From a virus (taxonomy: Duplodnaviria; Heunggongvirae; Uroviricota; Caudoviricetes), in the IMG/VR virus record IMGVR_UViG_2531839531_000013, positions 1 to 36,622 of that record: a stretch of DNA of 36,622 nt. The stretch is one strand, 5' to 3'. Under the pieces are notes generated by a model that had not been told where the DNA came from, made no database searches, and saw only the letters and a program-made list of their open reading frames with translations. This document shows, piece after piece, positions 17,047 through 25,617 of this stretch; position 1 is the stretch's first letter; each line of letters opens with the position of its first letter. Made by a program: the position numbers and the translations under genes.

Positions 17047-17242
17047 AGTCCTCCCGCGAGATCTGCCCGTCGCGCAGAAGCTGGTAGGCTTTGTGTTTGT
17101 AGTACCAGTTGATAGCCAGCATCAGTACACCAATCATCAGGCCACCCAGCGTTGAGGCATCCTTGATGGACAAATCGCCCAGCCAGGCCAGCACGACGGC
17201 GATGCAGTACGTGATAAAGGCGCTGATTCGCTCAAGCGTCAT
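17027..17242 (-). CDS. Holin/pinholin
   Basis: 71 aa with two hydrophobic helices, immediately upstream of the endolysin. Confidence 0.7.
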   Translation of the reverse strand: MTLERISAFITYCIAVVLAWLGDLSIKDASTLGGLMIGVLMLAINWYYKHKAYQLLRDGQISREDYESINR

Positions 17243-17245
17243 AAT

Positions 17246-17449
17246 TCAGTCCCATAGCTGGACGGTCTGCACGGTGGTGGTGGTCGGAATGTCCGGCAGC
17301 TCCACCTGCAGCCCGTGAGGTAAAAAGGGGCCGTATTCGGCAAGCCCCGGATTTGCCTTCAGTACCTGCTCCGTGACCCCCTGCGTGCGCCCGTAATGAC
17401 GCCAGCAAAGCGCGTCCACCGTGTCATACTGATGCGCACGCACTTTCAT
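17246..17449 (-). CDS. X: Tail protein gpX
   Basis: 67 aa at the P2 gpX position between L and the lysis genes. Confidence 0.8.
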   Translation of the reverse strand: MKVRAHQYDTVDALCWRHYGRTQGVTEQVLKANPGLAEYGPFLPHGLQVELPDIPTTTTVQTVQLWD

Positions 17450-17913
17450 CAGATAAGCTCCACTGTGCAGTGCGGCGCATCCTGCACCCGGCTGATGGCC
17501 CAGCGGGCGTCACGCCACAAATCACCGCTTGCTTCCGCCAGTTCCTCGCCCCGCTTCACACCGGACGCCGTGGCGTCATAGTCCTGGTATCGTTCGTTGA
17601 GCATGGCGCGTGCCCAGCAGTAAACCGCGTTGAAATAGTGCTGAATGCGCTCACTTTTGCCGTCCAGCTGTTCCGCCGGAACTTCTGCCAGCGAGGCATA
17701 CCCCAGCATCTGCTGGCGTCTGCGAAACTCATACAGCTCTGCGTTGACCTCCGAAATTGCCGACAGCGCAACCTGCTTTAAACGCGGCTGCGTCACCGTA
17801 CCGTCAGTGCGCATGACGCTGCGAAACTCCGACAGGTCCACATCAGGCCAGAACGGCGTATTCCTGATGATTTCCGCCTGTTCCGGTGCCTGTTCTGGCG
17901 CAACAAACTTCAT
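17449..17913 (-). CDS. L: Head completion/stabilisation protein gpL
   Basis: The start is taken at MKFVAPEQ (AGGAG upstream). P2 order N-M-L-X. Confidence 0.82.
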   Translation of the reverse strand: MKFVAPEQAPEQAEIIRNTPFWPDVDLSEFRSVMRTDGTVTQPRLKQVALSAISEVNAELYEFRRRQQMLGYASLAEVPAEQLDGKSERIQHYFNAVYCWARAMLNERYQDYDATASGVKRGEELAEASGDLWRDARWAISRVQDAPHCTVELI

Positions 17914-18008
17914 GCTGCTTTCTCCTGAAATAGAGGGCGGTGGACGGGGTTTTGATGTGGCAGTGCCTTTCGCCACCCCGTGCCGCCCGTGCGCGGGGGC
18001 ACGTTCTG

Positions 18009-18659
18009 TCAGCGGCTGTCATTGCGCAGTCTGCGCTCCAGCTGCTGTTTGTCTTTTTTCACGCCACAGCGAGGATCGAGCTGTAACGCATGGTTGAGAT
18101 GATTAAGGGCGGAAGCCGGGTTGCTTTCACTCAGGACAGCGCCAATCGCTTTATGCAGACGCGCCCGTGACTGGTCCGGCATATCCAGACCGTCTGTCAG
18201 CTCCAGCGTCTGCAGCAACAGATCGGCATCAAAGCCGGTGGCGGCAAGCATTGCGCTCTGCGCCGCGTCTGCCATTTCCTCTGCCAGCACGGTCTGCACG
18301 TTGCGGTTACCCAGCGGCATCACCCAGCCATGACGCAGGGCATGACGCCCGATCTCCAGCGCCCCTGCATAATCTCCGGCATCAATGCGCCACAGCATCA
18401 CGTACATCAGCACGTCATCCTGTTGAGCGCCTCCGGCAGCCAGAACGCCCTCCGCCCAGGCGGCATATTTCGGCAGCAGCTCCACCTTGATTTCCGCTTT
18501 TTTGACCGTGGACTGAACGCCCTTGAGACGGCGGCGGTCTTCCGCCAGTTGCAGCAGCATCAGGTCATAGCCCGACGCGTGGCGAACACTGCCACCCTCG
18601 CGAGCGGCCTGTTCAGCCTGAACGCGCAGGCGATGCTGCCGTGCGGGACTCAGGCTCAT
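18009..18659 (-). CDS. M: Terminase small (endonuclease) subunit gpM
   Basis: 216 aa, downstream of N. Confidence 0.85.
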   Translation of the reverse strand: MSLSPARQHRLRVQAEQAAREGGSVRHASGYDLMLLQLAEDRRRLKGVQSTVKKAEIKVELLPKYAAWAEGVLAAGGAQQDDVLMYVMLWRIDAGDYAGALEIGRHALRHGWVMPLGNRNVQTVLAEEMADAAQSAMLAATGFDADLLLQTLELTDGLDMPDQSRARLHKAIGAVLSESNPASALNHLNHALQLDPRCGVKKDKQQLERRLRNDSR

Positions 18660-18662
18660 GAA

Positions 18663-19721
18663 TTACGCTCCGGTTTCTGCTGCGGCGGCGCTGAAGTCAC
18701 CAATCTGGATGTTTTCCACCAGTGCAGCGCAGCGATAGTCCTCAACCACATAGGCTTCGTTAACGGATTCAAAATTTTCAATCCGGTCACGTTTCGGGTT
18801 GTCGATAACTGAACGGCGGCGGGTATCTTCCTGCCAGTAGATGGACAGGTTATCCAGACGGGTGATCAGCAGCGCATTCGGCGGGAAGAACGGCGCACGC
18901 ACCGCCTGCAGGCCACCCATGCGTTTCTGACTGATGATCATATCGGCAGCCAGTTTTTCACTGTTTTCCTGCTCTTTGTTGACCAGCGGGAAATACTTGT
19001 CAGACAGCAGTTCACGACCGCAAATCACCACCAGATCGTCATCGTCCTGGTAGACCACATCGATAAGCTCATTGACGGCATCCATCACTACGGCGTCCAG
19101 GTTGGCATATTCGCCACCTTTCCCGACTTTCACCGCGCCCGGTGTGGTTTCACCGCCCGTGGTGGTGCTGCCCATGACGTGATCCGGTGCATCCTCACGG
19201 ATTTTCTGCAGCCAGCCTTTGTTCACATCCTGCAGCAGCGGGTTTTCGCTACGGTTGGAGGTTTTCGCACGCTTCACGCCGTTAAAGCCGATCATGATGC
19301 GGTCCAGAGCCTGACGTTTCACGATGGCGTTACGGATACGCACCTGGAAATCCTGAAACTTCGCCCACAGGTCCAGCTTCGCGTAGGTCAGCACCGTGTC
19401 AAAGTTAGTCTGTTCGCATTTGTATTCCACATCGACCATCAGCGTCGGATCGACAGGTTCTCGCTCTTTCGCGGTGGTATCAGTGGTTCCGGCAATGGTG
19501 CTGCCAACACCCAGCCCCAGCAACTGACCAGACTGCTCAGTCACTGGCGTGACGTTAATCAGCGTCAGGAAAGAGGCGGACTGCTGGATCTGGTCTTCCA
19601 GCGTCTGCTGCACGGACGGCTCTACGGTGAACTTGCTGGACAGTTCTTCAACTGCCACACCGTTCAGGCGCGCCAGCTGCTGCAGGTAAGCGTTAAAAGC
19701 AAAGCGGGTATTCTTCTTCAT
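18663..19721 (-). CDS. N: Major capsid protein gpN
   Basis: 352 aa, at the P2 gpN position with matching size. Confidence 0.9.
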   Translation of the reverse strand: MKKNTRFAFNAYLQQLARLNGVAVEELSSKFTVEPSVQQTLEDQIQQSASFLTLINVTPVTEQSGQLLGLGVGSTIAGTTDTTAKEREPVDPTLMVDVEYKCEQTNFDTVLTYAKLDLWAKFQDFQVRIRNAIVKRQALDRIMIGFNGVKRAKTSNRSENPLLQDVNKGWLQKIREDAPDHVMGSTTTGGETTPGAVKVGKGGEYANLDAVVMDAVNELIDVVYQDDDDLVVICGRELLSDKYFPLVNKEQENSEKLAADMIISQKRMGGLQAVRAPFFPPNALLITRLDNLSIYWQEDTRRRSVIDNPKRDRIENFESVNEAYVVEDYRCAALVENIQIGDFSAAAAETGA

Positions 19722-19737
19722 CGGGTTTTGTGCTCCA

Positions 19738-20570
19738 TCAGCAATTGGTCAGAGTGTCAGCGGGGGCGTTACCGCCTGTTGCACGCTGGCGGTAGTCCTG
19801 GCGGCTGTCTTCATGACTCAGCTTATTCACCAGTTCGTTAAAGGCGGTCTGCTGTGCCTGCAGGGCAGTCTCCAGCTCAGACAGACGTTCTTCCTGCTCA
19901 GACAGGGATTTTTCGGTGCGTGCGCTCAGGTTTTGCTGCTCAGTGGCGACCAGCTCCACGGCCTTATGCACATCAGAGAACCGGGCATCGTCGGACTGCT
20001 CTTTTTTGGTAAACAGCGCCGTGACACGGGCAAACAGGGACGGTTTGTCCTCCTGGATTTCTTCCAGTTCGATCACCGTTTCCTCTGCGGCGGTAAAGAG
20101 ATTGGCGGGATTCTGCTTGCGGTTTGCCAGCGGGTTATGGGCTGCACTGGCGCTGAATGTCAGCATTTCCGTACCCAAACTGGCAGGGTCATCAGTGGCA
20201 GCCAGGCCGACCAGGTAGGCTTTGCCCGTATCAGCGAACTTCGGGCTGACTTCCATAGAGGTGAATAATTTCTGGCCTTTTTTCACCAATTCCACCAGGG
20301 ACTCCGTTGGCTCAACGTCGGCATACAGCGCCATCTTGCCTGCCAGCGGCCTTCCGTGATTTCTTCAGCAAACAGCGCCGTCACCTTGCCGTAACGGTTA
20401 AAGGTGCTGTCCGGGAGATAAGACTTGATGTGCTCAAGGTTAATCAGCGCGGTATACACCGCCGGGTTGTAGCTGGCTGCCATCTGTTCCAGCCATTCAC
20501 GCTGGATTTCGCGTCCGTCGGTGGTGGCACCTTCCACCCCGATGCGAAAACGCTTTGCTTTCACTGTCAT
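19738..20570 (-). pseudogene. O: Capsid scaffold/protease gpO, interrupted by an apparent 1-nt deletion
   Basis: N-terminal ORF 20283-20570 (MTVKAKRFRIGVEG...AEEITEG) and C-terminal ORF 19738-20334 (MALYADVEP...GGNAPADTLTNC) are collinear with P2 gpO but in different frames. The frames switch at gaaGGCCgctg (about 20348-20351). Confidence 0.8.
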
Positions 20571-20648
20571 GAGCCGTGCTCCGTTAGAAATAACTTACTG
20601 GAGCCTTATGGTTGCGGTGATGGGGGCAGTGAAACAATGCGCGGTATT

Positions 20649-20666
20649 TGTACCGACAACCACACA
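20649..20666. promoter_or_regulatory. Ogr/B-type activator site TGT-N12-ACA in the O/P divergent late promoter region
   Basis: TGTaccgacaaccacACA. The centre is 87.5 bp from the O ATG (20570) and 55.5 bp from the P ATG (20713). Confidence 0.6.
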
Positions 20667-20712
20667 AACCGCAGGCGGGGAAAGCCTTCATTCAAGGCTG
20701 TAGGTTTGTGCC

Positions 20713-22479
20713 ATGAACACCACACTGACACCCGCAGATCTCGATCCCCGTCGGCAGGCCATGCTGCTGTACTTTCAGGGATACCGCGTAGCCCGCATTG
20801 CTGAAATGCTGGGCGAGAAAGTTGCAACCGTTCACAGCTGGAAGAAACGCGACAAGTGGGGTGACTATGGGCCGCTGGATCAGATGCAGCTCACCACCGC
20901 CGCACGTTACTGCCAGCTCATTATGAAGGAGCACAAAGAAGGGAAAGATTTCAAAGAAATTGACCTGCTGGCGCGCCAGTCGGAGCGCCACGCGCGGATC
21001 GGCAAGTTTAACAATGGCGGCAACGAAGCCGACTTAAACCCTAACGTCGCCAACCGCAACAAAGGCCCGCGCCGTCAGCCGGAAAAGAATGTTTTCACCG
21101 ATGAACAGATAGAGAAACTGGAAGAAATCTTCCATTCCTCCATGTTCAACTACCAGCGCCACTGGTGGGAAGCCGGAAAAACCAACCGCATCCGCAACCT
21201 GCTGAAGTCACGCCAGATCGGCGCGACCTTTTACTTTGCCCGTGAAGCCCTGATTGACGCCCTGCTTACCGGACGTAACCAGATTTTCCTTTCTGCCAGT
21301 AAGGCACAGGCTCACGTCTTTAAGCAGTACATCATCGACTTCGCCAAAGAAGTCGAGGTGGAGCTGAAAGGCGATCCGATGGTGCTTCCTAACGGGGCCA
21401 CGCTTTACTTCCTCGGCACCAATGCCCGCACGGCGCAGAGTTACCACGGCAACCTGTATCTGGATGAATATTTCTGGATACCGAAATTCCAGGAGTTGCG
21501 CAAAGTGGCTTCCGGTATGGCTATTCACAAGAAATGGCGACAAACCTATTTTTCCACGCCATCCAGCCTGACCCACAGTGCTTATCCGTTCTGGTCCGGT
21601 GCGCTGTTCAACCGTGGACGCAACAAAGCTGACAAGGTGGACATCGACCTGTCCCACAGCAATCTGGCCCCCGGCCTACTGTGCGCAGACGGGCAATACC
21701 GCCAGATAGTCACCGTGGAAGATGCGGTGCGCGGCGGCTGTAACCTGTTCGACCTCGACCAGCTGCGCATGGAGTACAGCCCGGACGAATACCAGAACCT
21801 GCTGATGTGCGAGTTCGTGGACGATCTCGCGTCCGTGTTCCCGCTCAGCGAACTGCAGGCGTGCATGGTGGACAGCTGGGAAGTCTGGACCGACTTTCAT
21901 GCACTGGCCCTGCGCCCGTTTGGCTGGCGCGAAGTGTGGATCGGTTATGACCCGGCAAAAGGTACGCAGAACGGCGACAGTGCCGGATGCGTGGTGGTGG
22001 CTCCGCCAGCCGTGCCGGGTGGTAAGTTCCGCATTCTTGAGCGTCACCAGTGGCGCGGGATGGACTTCCGCGCCCAGGCTGACGCCATCAAAAAACTGAC
22101 CGAACAGTATAACGTGACCTATATCGGTATCGACTCGACCGGCGTCGGTCACGGGGTTTACGAGAACGTGAAAGCGTTTTTTCCTGCCGTCAGGGAGTTT
22201 GTCTATAACCCCAACGTTAAAAACGCCCTGGTACTCAAGGCCTACGACATTATCAGCCACCGCCGTCTGGAGTTTGACGCCGGGCACACCGACATTGCGC
22301 AGTCATTTATGGCAATCCGTCGCGCTACCACTGCCAGTGGCAACCGCCCGACCTATGAAGCCAGCCGCAGCGAAGAAGCCAGCCATGCCGATCTGGCCTG
22401 GGCAACAATGCACGCACTGTTTAACGAACCGCTGCAGGGCGAGTCCGCCAATACCAGCAATATTGTGGAGATTTTTTGA
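20713..22479 (+). CDS. P: Terminase large (ATPase) subunit gpP
   Basis: 588 aa. LKSRQIGATFYFAREA Walker-type motif, as in P2 gpP. Confidence 0.95.
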   Translation: MNTTLTPADLDPRRQAMLLYFQGYRVARIAEMLGEKVATVHSWKKRDKWGDYGPLDQMQLTTAARYCQLIMKEHKEGKDFKEIDLLARQSERHARIGKFNNGGNEADLNPNVANRNKGPRRQPEKNVFTDEQIEKLEEIFHSSMFNYQRHWWEAGKTNRIRNLLKSRQIGATFYFAREALIDALLTGRNQIFLSASKAQAHVFKQYIIDFAKEVEVELKGDPMVLPNGATLYFLGTNARTAQSYHGNLYLDEYFWIPKFQELRKVASGMAIHKKWRQTYFSTPSSLTHSAYPFWSGALFNRGRNKADKVDIDLSHSNLAPGLLCADGQYRQIVTVEDAVRGGCNLFDLDQLRMEYSPDEYQNLLMCEFVDDLASVFPLSELQACMVDSWEVWTDFHALALRPFGWREVWIGYDPAKGTQNGDSAGCVVVAPPAVPGGKFRILERHQWRGMDFRAQADAIKKLTEQYNVTYIGIDSTGVGHGVYENVKAFFPAVREFVYNPNVKNALVLKAYDIISHRRLEFDAGHTDIAQSFMAIRRATTASGNRPTYEASRSEEASHADLAWATMHALFNEPLQGESANTSNIVEIF

Positions 22480-23513
22480 TGGGAAAGAGTAAGAAGAACC
22501 GCGCTGCGTCGACGAAACAGATCCAGCATAAAAGCCAGACTTCAGCCGAAGCATTCAGCTTCGGTGATCCCGTTCCTGTTCTGGACCGCCGCGAACTGCT
22601 GGACTATGTGGAATGCGTACAGATGGATCGTTGGTACGAGCCGCCTGTGAGTTTCGACGGACTGGCGCGAACCTTCCGCGCCGCCGTGCATCACAGCTCA
22701 CCGATTGCAGTGAAGTGCAACATTCTGACCAGCACCTACATCCCTCACCCGCTGCTCAGCCAGCAGGCTTTTTCGCGTTTTGTACAGGACTATCTGGTTT
22801 TTGGTAACGCCTACCTGGAGAAACGCACGAACCGCTTCGGTGAAGTTATCGCCCTTGAGCCTGCACTGGCAAAATACACCCGACGCGGGTTAGACCTGGA
22901 TACCTACTGGTTTGTGCAATACGGCATGACTACGCAGCCGTATCAGTTCACGAAAGGCAACATTTTTCATCTGATGGAACCGGACATCAACCAGGAGATC
23001 TACGGCCTGCCTGGTTATCTTTCTGCCATTCCGTCAGCTCTGCTCAACGAGTCCGCCACGCTGTTCCGCCGCAAGTATTACATTAACGGCAGTCATGCAG
23101 GCTTCATCATGTACATGACCGATGCAGCGCAGAACCAGGAGGATGTGAACAACCTCCGCAATGCGATGAAAAGCGCCAAAGGTCCTGGTAACTTCCGTAA
23201 CCTGTTTATGTACTCGCCTAACGGTAAAAAGGACGGGCTTCAGATTATCCCGTTGTCAGAAGTGGCGGCGAAGGATGAGTTCCTGAATATCAAGAACGTG
23301 AGCCGGGACGACATGATGGCGGCGCATCGTGTGCCGCCACAAATGATGGGGATAATGCCTAATAATGTCGGGGGGTTTGGGGATGTGGAGAAGGCCAGTC
23401 GCGTATTTGTACGTAATGAATTAACGCCCTTGCAAAAAAGGCTACAAGAGCTGAACGACTGGCTGGGCGAAGAAGTGATTAAATTTACGCCCTATATTCT
23501 TTCAGAAGAATAA
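22476..23513 (+). CDS. Q: Portal protein gpQ
   Basis: 345 aa, ATGA-coupled to P, at the P2 gpQ position next to cos. Confidence 0.93.
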   Translation: MMGKSKKNRAASTKQIQHKSQTSAEAFSFGDPVPVLDRRELLDYVECVQMDRWYEPPVSFDGLARTFRAAVHHSSPIAVKCNILTSTYIPHPLLSQQAFSRFVQDYLVFGNAYLEKRTNRFGEVIALEPALAKYTRRGLDLDTYWFVQYGMTTQPYQFTKGNIFHLMEPDINQEIYGLPGYLSAIPSALLNESATLFRRKYYINGSHAGFIMYMTDAAQNQEDVNNLRNAMKSAKGPGNFRNLFMYSPNGKKDGLQIIPLSEVAAKDEFLNIKNVSRDDMMAAHRVPPQMMGIMPNNVGGFGDVEKASRVFVRNELTPLQKRLQELNDWLGEEVIKFTPYILSEE

Positions 23514-23521
23514 TTCCGAAC

Positions 23522-24220
23522 TTATTTGTTTCTTCTTTGTTCACGCCTTGTCTTGGCTTCGATAAGGCGTTGAGGTTCAGTGTAAAGCCGTTCTAAAAAA
23601 AGATAGGTAAAATCTTCAAGATCCTCAGCAGCAGCTTTATCCAAAATACCTTCATGCGCTCCATCATTTCCGTCATCTTTAACGCATTCAGCTAGTTCCC
23701 TTAAAGCTTCAGGCAGTAGATGATTATCAAATAACCACTCCATTCTTAACCCTAGGCTTCTCCTTATTTTTTGCGCAGGCCCTTGCTCCCCATCAGGAAG
23801 AAGTCCTTTTGTGGCATAATCAAGGCAAAGCCTAAACATGGTTGCTGCTGCATTATAACAACCTATAGCCAAACATTTCGCCCCTTCCTCATATGCACTA
23901 TTGATATGCTCAGGTAAGAACTCTGGTGGCTCCTCTACTGCTAAGTCTGCCGGTGATATAGGCCTAACAACCTCTGCAACTTCCTTTAAGCCGAATATTC
24001 CACTTTCCCAATTATAGCCATCTAAAGTTTTATTTTTCGTTAAAGGTCTGCAAAGAAACATTGTCGTTTTATGACACTCTCGGCAAACACAATAGACCTC
24101 GTATTCGTATGTTTTACCCCCGCCCAATGCATTGTAAACCCTAGTGCAATTCAGCCCATTAACATCAAACGCTATTTTTTGTGATCCACATCGTGGACAG
24201 TCATCCACTAACATAACCAT
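23522..24220 (-). CDS. Zinc-ribbon + DUF4145-like domain protein (cargo, 232 aa)
   Basis: The N-terminus CPRCGS...x34...CVCRECHK has four Cys. The C-terminal LGLRMEWLFDNHLLPEALRELAECVKDDGNDGAHEG...AEDLEDFTYLFLERLY matches my memory of the DUF4145 (PF13643) signature. The gene is AT-rich and has a GGGAGGAG SD. Confidence 0.7.
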   Translation of the reverse strand: MVMLVDDCPRCGSQKIAFDVNGLNCTRVYNALGGGKTYEYEVYCVCRECHKTTMFLCRPLTKNKTLDGYNWESGIFGLKEVAEVVRPISPADLAVEEPPEFLPEHINSAYEEGAKCLAIGCYNAAATMFRLCLDYATKGLLPDGEQGPAQKIRRSLGLRMEWLFDNHLLPEALRELAECVKDDGNDGAHEGILDKAAAEDLEDFTYLFLERLYTEPQRLIEAKTRREQRRNK

Positions 24221-24288
24221 GTCAATTACTCCTCCCTATGAAAAAAATGAGTTGAAAAATTGAATATTCACGACTTAAAAAGCTAGCC

Positions 24289-24317
24289 TATTTAACACCA
24301 TAATTTCATTAATTCAA
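24289..24317 (-). promoter_or_regulatory. Putative sigma70 promoter of the ZnR-DUF4145 gene
   Basis: On the minus strand: TTGAAT (24317-24312), a 17-nt spacer, then TAAATA (24294-24289). It begins 14 bp from the cos core. Confidence 0.45.
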
Positions 24318-24330
24318 CCATGAGCGCGCG

Positions 24331-24349
24331 CTCGTATCCCCGCCACGCC
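24331..24349. other. Probable cos cohesive-end site
   Basis: The reverse complement GGCGTGGCGGGGATACGAG shares its first 13 nt with the 19-nt 186 cos end as I remember it (GGCGTGGCGGGGAAAGCAT; P2 GGCGAGGCGGGGAAAGCAC). It sits in a GC-rich patch at the expected position beyond Q. Confidence 0.55.
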
Positions 24350-24390
24350 TGCCCGCTTTGTGTAGTGGTTTTCATGCACCTGCATGACAT

Positions 24391-24418
24391 AAGCAAAAGC
24401 CCGCCAGCTCTGGCGGGC
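24391..24418 (-). terminator. Rho-independent terminator downstream of the HNH gene
   Basis: On the minus strand: GCCCGCCAG-ag-CTGGCGGGC followed by TTTTGCTT. Confidence 0.6.
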
Positions 24419-24531
24419 ATCAGCAAAAACGATCCTCAAACGATCATGCGATTTCATGCGGCATAGACATGCGTTGGCAAAAATGTACGAAATACTCAGC
24501 TTATAGGAAATGGTCTTTTTCCAACCTCCAG

Positions 24532-25251
24532 TTAGCCAAAGCAGAAACCAATATTGCAATTTGAAACTCCACAGTTGTGAAATTGATGTGGACCTACTCT
24601 TAGCTTGTGTTCGTCTCCTACAATCCGAGTCCCCTTAACCAACATATCTAATCTTTCCACAATCAATCTTTCAGGCGCATCAACTTTAATAATTAAACGA
24701 GGACCTTTCCTTTTTTCTATAATAGTTATTCTAGGACCGACAACCTGAACATCCCAATGCCTTGCACTACAAACCCACTCATTCTTAATTAATTCAAGAT
24801 TAACAATACCTTGACTATCGTAAAATTTACCCGAAATAAGAAAAGCATTATTTTCTTTTTCAATGGTTAACAATGGCTCATTTTGAAACATTATTGGTAC
24901 AGTACAGGATTCAAACGTCGCACCACCAAATATTATTGTTGGATGCCTATCAGAAAAGTCCAATATATCGGCCACATTCCCTTTTTGTAAGGCTGCAGGA
25001 GATTCCATTGCTTTAATTATTTTCTCTTTAGAGTAAAGACGTTTCGTTACTTTCGCATGGCACGTAGGACAAAGTAGTGCTATTGCATTTGGAGAGTGCT
25101 CCTTTGCATCAGCGTATGTGGGAATTACATGCTCATACTCAACAATGGGAGAAGCACAAACAACGCAACCGAAGCCACAGCGCTGCCTTACCTCCAGTTT
25201 TACAGGTTCAGGAATTGTTCTAGATAACCCATGCTTGTTAATAGTTGTCAT
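24532..25251 (-). CDS. HNH endonuclease domain protein with unknown C-terminal domain (cargo, 239 aa)
   Basis: CGFGCVVC...VEYEHVIP...HSPNAIALLCPTCHAK carries the HNH/zinc motifs. The C-terminal ~150 aa are beta-rich with no motif I recognise. The gene is AT-rich and occupies the P2 old/tin position. Confidence 0.8.
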   Translation of the reverse strand: MTTINKHGLSRTIPEPVKLEVRQRCGFGCVVCASPIVEYEHVIPTYADAKEHSPNAIALLCPTCHAKVTKRLYSKEKIIKAMESPAALQKGNVADILDFSDRHPTIIFGGATFESCTVPIMFQNEPLLTIEKENNAFLISGKFYDSQGIVNLELIKNEWVCSARHWDVQVVGPRITIIEKRKGPRLIIKVDAPERLIVERLDMLVKGTRIVGDEHKLRVGPHQFHNCGVSNCNIGFCFG

Positions 25252-25373
25252 AACCTTACCTTAAAACTTCGAGAAACCTTTTATATATTGATACTATATC
25301 AACTAACGCCTCGCACAGCTCGTTGTTCAACCTTGCTGACGCCAGAAGCAAGTTCAGACGCCAGCAACGTTTC

Positions 25374-25607
25374 TTAATGCAGCCAGCTGTCGTCTTCCCA
25401 CACCTTCTGCATAATTTTCATCACTTGCTTCCTTTCTTCGTCCAGTTGCAGTCCGGTCAGTTCCACACCGTTAGAGCTACCTTTGCGGATGCGAATTACC
25501 GTTTTTGGATATAGGGGGCGCAGATTGCGGTAAAGCTCGGATTCAAGGGCGTCCAGGGTAGACTGGCTAATCTTCTGCTCTTTATCGATCATTATTTCAA
25601 TGCGCAT
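25374..25607 (-). CDS. DinI-family protein (77 aa)
   Basis: MRIEIMIDKEQKISQSTLDALESELYRNL...KIMQKVWEDDSWLH aligns with E. coli DinI (MRIEVTIAK...DALAGELSRR...ILQETWESADDWF). GAGGTG SD. Confidence 0.8.
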   Translation of the reverse strand: MRIEIMIDKEQKISQSTLDALESELYRNLRPLYPKTVIRIRKGSSNGVELTGLQLDEERKQVMKIMQKVWEDDSWLH

Positions 25608-25617
25608 AAAAGTCACC

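Noticed and set aside
20634-20651. ACA-N12-TGT next to the O/P activator site, as a second Ogr/B site for PP.
   Set aside because: It is the inverse arrangement, and it is not equivalent to TGT-N12-ACA under reverse complementation.
21208-22287. Minus-strand ORFs (149, 94 and 203 aa) inside terminase gene P.
   Set aside because: They are antisense shadows of a strongly supported gene and have no recognisable motifs.
24314-24559. 81-aa ORF between the two cos-flanking cargo genes.
   Set aside because: It runs across the putative cos core and the terminator hairpin and overlaps the HNH gene's 3' end. The translation looks random, and the region is better explained as cis-acting DNA.
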